Below, one piece after another: positions 1 through 23,541 of a DNA stretch of 64,000 nucleotides (its first letter is position 1; every line of letters begins with the position of its first letter). Both the position numbers and the translations under genes were made by a program. The DNA is taken from contig CAVNZM010000015.1 in assembly GCA_963693365.1 (NCBI GenBank), positions 4,347,502-4,411,501 of the forward strand, read 5' to 3'. This DNA is from Amoebidium appalachense (lineage: Eukaryota; Protista; Ichthyosporea). The notes under the pieces were generated by a model. That model did no database searches. It saw nothing but the letters and a program-made list of their open reading frames with translations, and was not told where the DNA came from.

Positions 1-40
<40 letters not shown>

Positions 41-636
41 ACACACCCTCCCTCCTCCACACTCTCTACTCCTTATGACCAAAAACCTGCATCACATCCC
101 TTTTACTTCTGCCTACCCCCCCCATCCCCCCCATCCCCCCCCCACCCCCCCCCCAAAACACACACACACACACACAAACATGTAAACAGCCCTCCCACCC
201 CTGTTCTTGCAGGTGTGACTAGTCCTGTCCTCCAGACAAACACGCAAAACATAGGTTCCACTGGTAGGCTACCCATGACGCAAACATAAATCCCAAAAAC
301 AAATCACAGCAAACTCGTCTAAAGGACCCTCGTTTTCCTTCTTCCTCTTGCCCGGTTTTGTCAGGTCAGTACTTCATCCCCCCCCCCCCCCCCCCCCCTC
401 CCAGCCCAGACCCCTCCAGCCCAGACCCCTCCAGCCCAGACCCCCCCCACCTCCCCCAATCCCCCCCCCCCCCCCCTCTCTTCCCCCCTTCCAGTTTTGT
501 TTTCAGCTCAAGTCAGGGGTGGGATACCTAAAAGAAAATGAGCAATCGAAAAGCAGAATAAGTCCACTGAGAACGGGAATATAGGTTGTGCAGGGGGGGG
601 GGGGGGGGGGGGGGGGGGGGAGTTAGTAGACTTTAC

Positions 637-10513
<9,877 letters not shown>

Positions 10514-11344
10514 TTTCACTATTGTTCACGATGACTGTTTTGCATTTCTTTACGTATGTATTTGGTTTTTTGTGTGTGGTATTTATATGTATTCTTTTTT
10601 TTGTTTTGTATAACCTAAACGAATTTTTGTTTGCTTTGTATTACGTATTATAGAATTACATATACGTAGTATTCGTTTGGTATGTATTGTTTTTTTGTTT
10701 GCTTTGTATTACATTTAAATATTTTCTTGGTTTGTTTGTTTGCTTCGCACATGTAGTTTAATTTTTCTACCAGTTCATACTCTGGCCACAAGTAAGATCT
10801 TGTTCTGCGGGGCTAATACTATGATGTTTTTGTTGTGTGAGCTCCGCGCCCGCGCCTCGTTGCCACAAGTTGCGAGCTTTCAAACTCGTCTGTGCCGAAA
10901 ACCGTTCAAACTGAAAACGTTACAAAAAGATCGTTTTGCGTAACTCTCGTGACCACTCGGTACACCCGTTTGTAAACTATATTTGGCTATTGTAGCAGAT
11001 TGTTGCTCGATTTGCTAAATACGCACCAACAGATGATTGGATGACACCTTCCGTCCTCGGACGCCCCTCGGAGGCCCGGGCACGCCTCCTCATGAGTCTT
11101 CCCCCCCCCCCCCCCCCCCCCCCCCTCCCCTCTCCCCCCAGCCCCCTCCCCCCTCCCCCCCGCCTGCCCCCCGTCAACAACCACTCGACTCCAATCCTAC
11201 CGAACTTCTTTTCGTTGTGTACTGTCTTTCGTGTGTGGAAGTTTTGTTGTGTACCTATTATAATTATATTGTAAGTAACTATATACATGTAACGTACGTA
11301 TGATGTGGCTGTACATATGCATGTGCATGTGTGTGTGTGTGACA

Positions 11345-11517
<173 letters not shown>

Positions 11518-11898
11518 GGTGGGTGTGGGTGGGTGGGTGGGTGGGTGGGTGGGTGGGTGGGTGGGTGGGTGGGTGGGTGGGTGTGGGTGTGGGTGTCACG
11601 GCGTGTGTGTGTGTATGTGTGTGCGTGCGAACGCTGCGCCCACACTGTTGTAAAAATTGTGCCCGTACGTAACTATGTATAACGAGTAGAACTCCGTCGG
11701 TATCACAAGTTGTACGCTTGTCCTCTTGCACCCTCTTTTTTTCGATTCAGTCCTTGTCATAGGCAATCGCATGAAGGCTTACTTTAGGCTCAGCTATTTC
11801 TATCTTTCTCAGAGTTTCGTTCAGAAGTGTAACAAAGCATATTAATACGAACATCATGATGATTGTGTTGGTATCGGTGTACTATGTACTCAAGCTGG

Positions 11899-12298
11899 CA
11901 GGGATCGCCCGCAACTTGCATGATGCAAAAACATGCCACGCATGATATCATTGAATATATATATGCATGCCACGCTTGATATCATTGAATATATATATGC
12001 AAACATTTGCAAACATACACACATCTGCAAATTTATGCTGGCACGTACTGACGTGCCCTCTAGCCTATGTACGATAAATCGACGCTGGCTGAGAAGGTAG
12101 GTGAGTCACGTGATCAGGCGCTTTCCGTATCGTCCGCGTCTCCTCGAAAAATAAGAGCTACCTCAGAAGGTAGCAGAAATTTATGCAAATATCATGATGC
12201 AACATGATGCAAATAGATTTGAAATGTATCAAGGACTCCTATGAGTAAAAAAATAGGAGGCCCTGAAATTTATGCAACTTGCGGGCAACTGGACCCCT
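11899..12298. mobile_element. Putative MITE-like element with imperfect terminal inverted repeats
   Basis: Left end CAGGGATCGCCCGCAACTTGCAT versus right end ATGCAACTTGCGGGCAACTGGACCCCT (14/15 inverted match of GCCCGCAA[C/G]TTGCAT). Interior is AT-rich with a ~30-bp tandem duplication and no ORF. No clear TSD. Confidence 0.4.
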
Positions 12299-12724
12299 CT
12301 GGCTTTGCCGACCATCATAATAATATGTATGTAGGGCCTGTTTTCGCTTCCCGGATAATATGGGGAACCCGGATACTGGAACTTGTGGCCGACTTCAACG
12401 GTAGAGAGTACTGTAAAGCGTGTTAACTGAACGGTTTTATTGATTGAATATTTAGCTGTGGTGAAACTTGATTGGATATCAAATTAGCAACTTTATATAA
12501 TTCCAGCCATGCCATCCACAAATGGGAGAGTTCATGTGTGCAGTTTCGTCAGCCAGTGTGAACGGTTTCCTCTATATAGCGCCCCCCCCCCCCCCCCCCC
12601 CCCTCCCCTCCCCCCCCCCCTCTCCCCAACCTCCTCTCAGAGTCCCCTCTGTGAACATTTTAATGATGGGAGGGGGGGGGGGGGGTCACAGTGGCGGGCG
12701 CTATGGTGTAAGAGTCAGGGTACC

Positions 12725-12782
<58 letters not shown>

Positions 12783-13747
12783 ATTCACTAATATTTGATA
12801 CATAATTGGTCATCATACAGTTTGTTTGTGTTTCCATTATTGTCGTAGTGTCTATCGATCTTCGTAATTTATCTCGGCTATCCGTAGGGAATTAACACCC
12901 ACCGGCGTGGCTGGGGTTGATACCCTGGGCAAAGTGTGTACATATAGTTAGGATTGTTATAGGTGTGTTAGTTTAGCTAATAGCATCGTAGCACCCCAGT
13001 AGCTAGAGTACTGTCGGTGCTGGGTGGAAGACGGTAGTTCCCCCTGAGGGCATATATCGATAGGGGCACCTCCGGGAACAAAACGGGATAAAATAAAAAA
13101 AAATAAAAAAAGTGGGGAATTAACACGGTAATTATTTCCGGTGATTACTATAACAAACCAAGCTCCCCACTGTACCTCTACACCTACCGCCAAGGCTCAT
13201 CCCAGGGACCCGACATAACAAGGGGGGGGAGGGGGGAGGGGGAAGCGAGGGAGCGGGTCACAGTGGCTAATAGTATGTTGCATGGAAATTACTCTATAGG
13301 CGGCATGTGACGTTCCGCACGACTCTGGCCGATAGTCTATCAGATGAGGTTGGGGGACGAGGGGGAGGGGAGGGGGGGGGGGGGGGGGGGGGGGAGGGGG
13401 GGGGGGGCTTACATTGTCACGCGGCCCTTTACTAAAGGAGTACTGACGGGAGGGGAGAAAGCAGAGGGCATCCGGGAGAAGGGGGGGGGGGGGGGGGGGG
13501 GGGGGGAGGGGGGGGCTCAACCTGGACTCCGAGGCTCTGCCAAGGAGCTCGAGTGCAGACTGTATATGATTTCCGACGCATTTAAATTAGTAACCACGTA
13601 ATTGTTGGCAACGTGCAAACTTCACTGTCACAGACCACATTGTCAACATTGTCAATGAACGTTAACATGATCCCCACCCCACCCCTTTCTTTCTTCCCTT
13701 TCAAACACGCACACACACCGTGGCACACACACACACACACACACACA

Positions 13748-13830
<83 letters not shown>

Positions 13831-13929
13831 GATACACACACCGTGACGTGACACACACACACACACACACACACCCTCTCTATCTCTCTTTCTCCTTCTC
13901 TCTCTCTCTCTATATATATATATATACTA

Positions 13930-13993
<64 letters not shown>

Positions 13994-14167
13994 TCACTCA
14001 CTCACTCGCTCACTCTCACGTGGCACCGTGGCACCACCTGTGGCCACCCCTTCACACAACCTCCGTGACCTTCGACCTCCCCCCCCCCCCCCCCCCAACC
14101 CACCCACCCACCCCACCCCCCCTCCCCCCCCCCCCCCTCTTTCCCCCCCCCCCCCCCTCCCCCCCAA

Positions 14168-14198
<31 letters not shown>

Positions 14199-15034
14199 AA
14201 GAAAAAAAAAAGTGAGAGACTCATCGGATATCACCACGTGGCCGCGTGACCACTTATCTAAGATTGCATCATCAAAGTTTTGTCTAGACACTGTATGTTC
14301 AACGGGCATTGGACAACTCAGTGTGGGCCCACCCGCCACACAGCATCCTTGCGTAGGGTCTATTGAGTTGTGAAGATGAGAAAAGTAACAGGGTGTGACG
14401 GCTGAGGGGATGGGAAGGGAGGTCGAGAGGGTGGGACGTTCAAGGGAGATGGACGGGGGGTGGTAATTGGGGGAGGGTAACAGGTGAGTCCGATGATTGG
14501 GTGGATGGCCGAAGGTTGTGTGCATGTGGCCATAAAGGGGGATGCGGGGGAAGGGGCGGGGGGAAGAGGGGGCGAGGGGGGGGGGGGGGGGGGGGAGACA
14601 AGACGAGAAAGAAAGGGGTGGGAGGAGGTGGGAGAGGGAGTGAGCTAGAGAGAGAGGTGTGGGGCGGCGGGTTGGGGGGGGGGGGGGGGGGGGAGCCTTC
14701 CGGGGGGAGGGAGAGAGAGAGAGAGAGAGACAGAGAAAGACTGGAGAGATAGTCTAGAGAGGAGTGACTGAGAGAGTGTGTGTATGTGTTTGTTTGTGTT
14801 GTGTGTGTGTGTCACGGGGGCCGTGTCACAGTGTGTGTGTGTGTGTGCTACGGAGGGAGAGGGAGGGAGAGAGAGAGAGAGAAAGAGAGGGAGAGGGAGG
14901 GAGGTCGGAGGGAGGGAGGGAGGGAGGTTGGGTGGGTGGGTGGGTGGGTGGGTGGGGGAGGGAGAGGGAGGGAGGGGGGGGGGGAGGGGGGGGGGGGGGG
15001 AGAGAGAGAGAGAGAGAGAGAGAGAGGAGGGAGG

Positions 15035-15068
<34 letters not shown>

Positions 15069-15168
15069 GAGTGAGTGAGTGAGAGGAAAGGAACGAGGCA
15101 GAGGGGGAGTGGGGGGCAGAGGGCGGGGGGAGGGGAAGGGGGACGGAGAGACGCAGGCCCGGGGGGAT

Positions 15169-15234
<66 letters not shown>

Positions 15235-15605
15235 GGGGGGGAGGGGGGGGGGGGGGGGGGGGGGGGAGGACTAAGTGAACTTGAGATAACGGAACTTCAT
15301 CAGAAGGGATTTTCAGCAAGAAGCTTATAATTTCAAGAACAAAGTTTAAACGAGTTTACAGTATTTTCATTTGCCCCTGGCCAATACTCAGCCAATGGCA
15401 ACTAAGTCTTCAGGCTGTTGCAGATTAAACTTTATCCAATTCCCCTTCGGCCCGCGGCATCTCCCCAATCTCTTAGCCTTAAAGTTTTCCCAGTGACTAA
15501 TTATAGATATAAGTTAATCCATCTATGCCATTGCCGGTGAGTGTGTCACGGAGAACGTGTGCGTGAGAAAGAGAGAGAGAGAGAGAGAGAGATATATATA
15601 TATAC

Positions 15606-15704
<99 letters not shown>

Positions 15705-15780
15705 GGAGAGAGAGAGAGAGAGGAGGGGGGGGGAGCGAGGGAGAGAGTGTGCGTGTGCGTGAGAGGGAGACTCTCTCTCT

Positions 15781-15884
<104 letters not shown>

Positions 15885-15986
15885 GGCTCAGAGAGAGCCT
15901 AGAATGTGTGTGTCAAAGTACGGTGCAGCGCCACACGTGTGTAATATTGGGTGTCACTGAGCGCGCGCGCGCGCGTTTGTCGCATA

Positions 15987-16075
<89 letters not shown>

Positions 16076-16123
16076 CACTGTGTCATGGTGTATGTGTGTG
16101 TGACACGGTGTGTGTGTGTGTGT

Positions 16124-16161
<38 letters not shown>

Positions 16162-16182
16162 CAGTGTGTGTGTGTGCACGGT

Positions 16183-16247
<65 letters not shown>

Positions 16248-16370
16248 TGTACTGTGTGTGTGTGTGTGTGCGTGTGCGTGTGTGCGTTTGTGCGTGTGTA
16301 CACATGTGTCTGTGTGGTGTCTATATTATGTGCGTGCGCGCACCAGCTGATGCAGACACAGTGTGTGTGT

Positions 16371-16411
<41 letters not shown>

Positions 16412-18396
16412 CCTCCGGGCCGCGGGGTTACCAGGCCGCCGCGCCGCGCCCCTCCTCCGGGCCGCCCATGGCCAGCTCGGAGTCCTGCGCTCGCGGAAAA
16501 CAACACATGTGATTCAGGCTACTCAGCTGCCAGCGATGATCAGCCTCGAAATCTGCGCTTCCAGCGGTTCCAAGCACTGTACACAATCATTGCAAAATAC
16601 ATACAATGATTATTTCGGTTACCTGTCACCTGTGACTACTCAATATTGGGCAAAGACGTGCATATACACTTTGATGAATAGCTGTATAGGCCTAGCAGTG
16701 ACTACTGATGACTTGGTATCAATTCAATACATGAAAACACACTGTACATGTATAAATTATGATTAGCCTAGTTTCCGATAACCTCATGCTCGCGAGGCAT
16801 ATGGTGCCACGTGCACCGCAGTAAACGGTTTGCACGCACCAAGTGTCGAACTAATATATTAGTTCACACTTCACTGGGAACGGTTTGCGCGGGAGGCCCC
16901 TGCGGCACATGGCGCCACTGCCCTGCTACGTATACAGTACGGTACCTCGAAAATTTATTTTTTATCACAAATAATGTTTGGCAAAAGCCGGGCGGAGCCT
17001 CCAACAACTTCCGATCCTGCCACTGTTGCCCCGGGCGCCCGGCCTCGAAAACCCGCCCGAGTCGCCAGACATAGCTCAGGCCGCAGCTCAGGCAACGTGA
17101 CGTGAGTGACTTCGTGAGTCTTGACTCGCCCCACGTCGCCCACGTACTGACCATGTCCACCAGTAGCCGGGCGGCGGGCCGCCGTTTGCCGGGCACGCAC
17201 CGTGTTTCCGAATCCGCAGGACGCCCGTGCACGCGGGTCGTGCTGCGTGGGCAACAGCTGCAACCTAGCACACTGACACACCCAACACATTCCAAGGCAT
17301 TCCATGCATTCCTAAATTATCCTTTACCGTCTTTTCATTGGGTGAATAATTGAATTCACAGACTTCAAAAGGCGCGCACGATCACCGCCCTTCTTTTTAA
17401 TGACCCCGAGTTTTAGGTTTAGAAAAAAATACGCAAAAAAATAATTCTATCATTTACATGGCGCCAAAAGCCCATTTGCTTTGCTCCTCTGGAAGCTTTG
17501 CAAGCATCGAAGCAGTGACTTCCGAAATTCCAAGAATGGTCCTTATTTATTCTGGAATGCATTTCACATTCCTCAAATACCTGATAAATCGTTCAACCTC
17601 TACCTTGTCAGGACTCAGGAGCCCTTTGACATCTAAACGAAAACAATGTGTAGATAATCCCTGCATTTAAATGCAAACCATAAATAAATCATAGACATTA
17701 CAGAGAATAATAAAATGAATGTTGAAAAAATCAAGAAGACAACACCATCCGTCAGTATCGGAAGAACTGGCAGCACGAACAGGCTGTTGGGGTATTTCTT
17801 CTGGTATGTACAATAGCCATATATGGGATATTTGAAGCGTAATGGTTGGCTAAATAAATAGGTCCCCCGGTTCATGACGGGTTTGGAATAATTACTGTTT
17901 TAGACAAGAAACACTGGTATTTTACCCACGTTTTACGATTTTAAGAAGGACGTTGTCAAGTATGTTCGAATATTTCAAACCGTTTATTCGTAAGTACCTA
18001 ACCCTGCTTTTGTCGGTAGAGGCATTTCGCCACTGCGTCACAACACGTTCCAAAGACGCACAAACAAGCGGAAAGCATTGTAGCTATAGATCAAAGTTCA
18101 GTTTCCACGAAGGCTTTACAGAGATCAAATTAGCCGCTATCACTGACTTGGCTGTTGTGGTGGAATTTTTCCGTTTTATCATTTTAGATAATTACGATAG
18201 AAGTTGACATCAAGACCAGCAGTAATAAATAAGGTCCTAGTGTGCCCTCAGGTATTTGTAAATACACCGCACGAGCGTACTAGCGTTTGTTTTTTTGAGG
18301 CAGCGACCAAAACCCCCTGAACACTCCTTTTACGAGCTCTATATAGTTGGCTATGCAAAACATGCAATGCTAGCGTAATCGTAACAAAACAGCATC

Positions 18397-19629
18397 ATGA
18401 CTAGAGTTGCACTTATGTCTCGGGCACTTGGTGAGCCCCTCCCCACCAACAGCCCCGTACCATTCAGTTCCTACTACAAGGGCACAGAACAAAACAATCC
18501 CATGGAACCACTTACGCCAAGTGCACACAGTGTTAGATCCCCTTCTAATCTTCTCACGCGCCAACACACACACACGCAACGCCCCACCGCCCTCCCCACC
18601 GTTCTTTCCGGAATACTCCATGAGGAAAATCAAGCGAAAGATGGCTCTTTTGCACAAGTTGAAACGCCCATCCCCACTGGAAAAACGAGCAGCCATCCAC
18701 CACCACCTAAGGTTCAACAACGTGCATATGGACCACTGAGTTCACGCTCGTTTGATAGTTCCCATGCAGGATTCGACGATCTATTCTTTGCTCATGACTT
18801 TGACGATGGCAGCGATGTTCCGCACGATGAGATCTCCTTTGCGCACGACCTTAATGCCTCATCTGTCACCACCGGCACTGATTCGCACGATCACACCACA
18901 TGTTCAGGCCTGAGCCTCAAGAAATACATCCCATCAGGGTCCGCCGGAATAACTTTCCTATATGAATTCCGCCAGTTTTTGGCGCGTGAACACAGTGAGG
19001 AGAATCTAGACTTTCTACTGTGGGTGCAAGAGTACCACGAGAGGCCCACACGCCAAATTCGTAACCACATCTACAAAACATACGTTCAAGTTGGTTCTTT
19101 CAAGCAGGTGAATCTCGATGATTGGATGGTGCGATCAGTGCATGGGGCAGTTGAGCTACTCAGTCGAAAACACCAACGAAGATCGTCATGGCCGAAGCAA
19201 ATGTACGACTTGCCTTGCCTGCACACGTCGGGGGAGGAGGGCCCGGGGGATGATGTGTGTAGTGGTGATGATGCGGACTGCGCACCAAATATGCACACAG
19301 TACCATGCACGTGCAGAAGTTGGATTCAGCCCGAATGGTGTGGCGCCGGCGGCCGAAAGGGGTCGCTCCCTCAACCTACAGGGTGTATTTTTGACCACTG
19401 TGCGGCACACATTTTTATTCTGTTGCACAATGATGCACTGAGTAGGTTTTTGTATGAGAGGAAAAACGCAGAGATTCAAGCGGAGAGAAAGAAGACGGCG
19501 CAGAGCGGTAAAACATCGACTCCATGGACACCGAGGAGTGGAAGGACACCCAAGCAGGGGAGGGAAAAATCAAGCACTCCGAGCGGGTTGCGTAGATTGA
19601 GCCGGCATGTGTCGATGATTATTACATAG
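18397..19629 (+). CDS. Regulator of G-protein signalling (RGS)-domain protein, 410 aa, single exon
   Basis: Non-repetitive ORF with RGS motifs FRQFLAREHSEENLDFLLWVQEY...IYKTYVQVGSFKQVNLD...IFDHCAAHIFILLHNDALSRFL. Disordered S/P-rich N-terminus and basic C-terminus. Confidence 0.93.
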   Translation: MTRVALMSRALGEPLPTNSPVPFSSYYKGTEQNNPMEPLTPSAHSVRSPSNLLTRQHTHTQRPTALPTVLSGILHEENQAKDGSFAQVETPIPTGKTSSHPPPPKVQQRAYGPLSSRSFDSSHAGFDDLFFAHDFDDGSDVPHDEISFAHDLNASSVTTGTDSHDHTTCSGLSLKKYIPSGSAGITFLYEFRQFLAREHSEENLDFLLWVQEYHERPTRQIRNHIYKTYVQVGSFKQVNLDDWMVRSVHGAVELLSRKHQRRSSWPKQMYDLPCLHTSGEEGPGDDVCSGDDADCAPNMHTVPCTCRSWIQPEWCGAGGRKGSLPQPTGCIFDHCAAHIFILLHNDALSRFLYERKNAEIQAERKKTAQSGKTSTPWTPRSGRTPKQGREKSSTPSGLRRLSRHVSMIIT

Positions 19630-19694
19630 AAACGTATGTGGGAGTGTAGGGGTTATAACCACGTCATGTCGAATGTATGAGAGTATGGTTGTGT

Positions 19695-19738
<44 letters not shown>

Positions 19739-21706
19739 CCAGGCTCTCTATTGGTTTAGTATTTTCATTTTTTTTTTTTTTTAGCTATGAATACCTGTTT
19801 TCTTTGGACTGTGTTCTATTTAAATTGTGTATTTTGTATTTGAAGTAACCTTTACGAAGCAACCTGATTCTATTTTTGTTTCCCTCTCCTGTATACGTTC
19901 AGTGTGTTAAATTTCAATAGAAGTGCCTCGGCTGTGCCAGGACAGGACTTGAAGAAAATATTAGCCTTCGTTGGAATAAAATATTGTATGTCACCTTTGT
20001 TGGAAAAGCATTGAATGTTGGTCACACGACCACCTATTCAAAAAGAAACAAACACACAAAAGATGCTGGAATGGTCTCAGTGTCGCCTCCCCCCTCCCCT
20101 TCCTCCCCCCCCCCCCCTCTGCCCCTCCACCTTACATATTCACACGCTACTCCGCACCTCTCCCCTCCCCTTCTACCCGGTGCCCACATAGTGGCTCGAC
20201 CTCAGGGCCATCCTCGGATGTTTTCGATTACCAGATTATTATCAACCCGCAGTGTACTGATCGGTTGATATGGCCACCGGTCCGACGATCCTTGTAGAGG
20301 CCTTGGGGATGCCCTTCTAGGCTTGATGTGGAGAAAGTACTGTGGGTGCACGTGGGGAGGGGGAGGGAGGGGGGGAAACGCGCACACGTGGGATCCCCTC
20401 CCTCCTCCCGCCCCCCCGGGGGAATGCGTGATACGTAAGCCAGGAAGGGATAATCGGGGGTTGGCTGGTGTGTACTTGTGTACTCGATGTGTGTGCGTGT
20501 GCGTGTGATTGTGGTGTGGAAAGATGTGTCACCTGTGTGTCTAGCTTGTGTGGCAGTGCGCTTGTGCCCCGTGTCTGCGTGTGGGGAGGAGGGGGGTATA
20601 TGGTTATGGGGTGTACACGTGCGATCAGACATTCGTCGTGTCGGGGTAGGTGGGGTAGTGTGAGTTGCCAGTGGCTCAAAAACAGTCTGATGCGCAACTT
20701 TGGGATAACGAAAAGTTTCGTTAAAGCATGCCCATGCAAATCCGGGAAACATGGGTCGTAGGAAAAACGAGGAATTGTGCACATGTTATGGTGATGCAGC
20801 GCCCACTGGGAAGCAACAACTTGAAAAACGTGCTCTCTAACAAATAGACGATTTGGGGGAAGAGCTATGGTAGTACACATTCCCGAATGTGATGCAGATT
20901 CTGTAACCTGGTTTTCTACATGTGTCTTGTTGGGTGGAAATGCTGTTGCCTTTGGAGCCGGCACCTCATCATAGCCCACATGCATGCCCACTAAAAACAC
21001 CAAACGGCCTCCCTCCGAGGGCCCTGAATGAACCAGCGCAAGCTATATTTGCAGAGGTGAAATTGTTCTTTGAAAGATGTTATTTAGATATTCTGATAAG
21101 TAATGAGCTTGAAAAGGTAGGCTAGTTAGATATAGAAAAGATATAACAGTTGTAATAGTTTACCTTCAATTTTCGCTTCCGAACGTCCTTGGCTCTCGTT
21201 TCATCACACGTGTGTTCGCCTCTTTCAATCGCGCCAAAACTTGCGGTCTGAGAGAGCTTTTTTTTCTTTTTTTTTTTGCCCCGGTTTCGTTTGTTTTTCC
21301 TGGCCTTTTGATGCCTTAGGTTACCCACGTATACCTACAATACGTGTACTATTACCATACGCATATGCTTGTTATCTCTCCTTACAGCGAGCTAAGACAT
21401 AACTTCTTACAGCATCTTACGTCAGGACCTACGTCTGTTCGGGTGCAGTTGATTTTGACTGGTAACTACTCTAAACTTACGTTTCCAGTTGCACGTCGCT
21501 AAGTGTGTATTCCTTCATTGATTCCTCTTGAACGACAAACACGCATGCTTTCACTCCGCCCTCCGCAGCCTTTCTTACGCCTGTGCGGACGCGCACACAC
21601 ACATAGCCTCGCCTCCACACCCATCCGTTTGGCTCGGAAGGCAGCCACACCCTTACACGCACACGCACATACACGCGCACACGCACACGCACACGCGCAC
21701 GCCAAG

Positions 21707-22483
21707 ATGAACAGCTCTAGCATGTCGAGTTCCGAGTCCGCCAGTTGGATAGAGCTTCACTGCAGAAAACGCGGAAACAAGTATCTGTGTGAAGTTGAAG
21801 AGAGTTACATCGAAGACGCATTTAACCTTTTTGGTCTTCGTTCTAGCGTTTCCAACTACAGTAAGGCACTCTCTCTCATTCTTGATGATGAAGAGGACGA
21901 AATTCAATCAGTGGAGCAATACAAGAAGATTAACAAGAGCGCAGAGAGGCTCTACGGGTACATCCATGCAAGATACATCATAACATCGCGGGGCCTTTCT
22001 AGAATGTGCCAGAAATACCAGAGGGGGGACTTTGGGCATTGCGCTTCACCCGGCTGCCATCACCACCCGCTTCTTCCCATGGGAACAACAGACATAATCA
22101 AGAGGGAGAAAATGAGACTTTTGTGCCCATCATGCGAGGAAACATTCGCGGTGGAAAACACGACTTTGGACGGGGCTTATTTCGGAACATCCTGGGTTCA
22201 AATGCTCTTCTTTACCTTTCCAGAAACCAAGCCCGCGAAGTATCCAACAAAATATACCCCGCGCGTGTTTGGATACAAAGTACATCGGTCCGCATGGAGC
22301 GTGGGTACGTCTAGCTCCGCAGGCCCGGGACGTGCGGCGGGAGGTGGGGTCCAAGCAAATGGGCAGGGGGGTTCTATTGTTGTGGGGACAGTGGCGGCGG
22401 AGGGAAATATGAAACTGGTGGATGAGTACAGAAAGGTGGAGGCAGCGAAGAAGGAGGTTGAGAACAACATGAAGGTGGACTGA
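21707..22483 (+). CDS. CSNK2B: Casein kinase II regulatory (beta) subunit, divergent, ~258 aa, single exon
   Basis: MSSSES..SWI...RGNKYLCEVEESYIEDAFNLFGL...AERLYGYIHARYIITSRGL.RM.QKY..GDFGHC-x4-C...LLPMG...CPSC...DGAYFGT...YTPRVFGYKVH. True start is likely ATG 21707 (or 21722); the upstream part of the listed ORF is CA-repeat readthrough from a GTG. Confidence 0.95.
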   Translation: MNSSSMSSSESASWIELHCRKRGNKYLCEVEESYIEDAFNLFGLRSSVSNYSKALSLILDDEEDEIQSVEQYKKINKSAERLYGYIHARYIITSRGLSRMCQKYQRGDFGHCASPGCHHHPLLPMGTTDIIKREKMRLLCPSCEETFAVENTTLDGAYFGTSWVQMLFFTFPETKPAKYPTKYTPRVFGYKVHRSAWSVGTSSSAGPGRAAGGGVQANGQGGSIVVGTVAAEGNMKLVDEYRKVEAAKKEVENNMKVD

Positions 22484-23370
22484 GGGGGGGAAAGAGGGAG
22501 GGGAGGGAGGCGGGAGAGGATGGAGGGGGGGGGGGGGTAGTGAGTACGTGGCATGTGTTTTGGTGTGTGAAGGGGTGCCTGGAGGGGGAGAGAGGGATCG
22601 GTTGGGGGAGGGGGGGGGGGGGGGGGGGGGGATAACAGGCAAACTTGTAAGGGGGTTTGTGTTTGCGCACACGAGCCCGTCGGGCATAAGTCTGGGAGGA
22701 AAGGGGGGGGAAGGGGGGTTACTAATGATTGCTATTGTTATGTAGCATTGCTTGCCGGACTTTGGAGAGGGAGGGGGGGGGGGGAGGAAATATTCCCCAG
22801 ATTTGTTCAGGTGCTGGCCGCCTGGATTCTTTACCCCTTTTTTTAATTTTAATGTTTATGTTTTGGTGTAGGTACTACTAGCCACCTATCAATTTGGCAC
22901 GTAACAAATCTAGCTTGCATTTATTACTCTTCCTTTGTCAAATTATACATAATATATATAATGTTTTTTGTTTTTGTTTTCTTTTGGGGGGGGGGAGGAG
23001 AGGGGGGGGGGGGGGTGGCTGTCAATGTTACTCGATGATATAAATGCATATGGTATGCATGGTTGCTATTTTTAGAATATATCTGCCGTTGGCCTTTTTC
23101 GTAAGTGCCCTTGAGCTATATTCTTTACAATTTTCAATAAGGATAAGATAAGAAGCATATCATTATCCAATCTTGGGTTCTTCAATTTCTGAGTGGGGCA
23201 AGCACCGAAACGTGCATATCACTAACACAGCATCGAGCATGCACACAAGTGTTCACGCATGCTTGGGCCTGCGCGCGCACACACAACACGCACGCGCTCA
23301 GTTCACGCATGCTTGGGCCTGCGCGCATACACGCACGCGCTCACAAACACACCTGCTGCCCACACACATG

Positions 23371-23410
<40 letters not shown>

Positions 23411-23432
23411 CATACATTCTCGCAAGCGCGCA

Positions 23433-23467
<35 letters not shown>

Positions 23468-23541
23468 CACCGACTGTATTACTCGTCTGTTTTTCACAGC
23501 ACCCTCCCGTCCCTCCTCCCCTCTTCCTCCCCTTCCCCCCC

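Noticed and set aside
12084-12100. 17-bp match (GCTGGCTGAGAAGGTAG) to the DENN exon near 5356
   Set aside because: Isolated short match with no flanking similarity; may be chance.
15271-15330. LSELEITELHQKGFSARSL resembling a Tc1 transposase HTH start
   Set aside because: Only 19 codons followed by a stop; no DDE domain or TIRs seen.
19698-19738. Long T tract after RGS as a retrogene poly-A relic
   Set aside because: It is poly-T on the sense strand, the wrong orientation, and homopolymers are ubiquitous here.
21503-21706. N-terminal extension of CK2-beta in the ORF track
   Set aside because: Starts at a non-ATG codon and runs through CA repeats; homology begins at MNSSSMSSSES.
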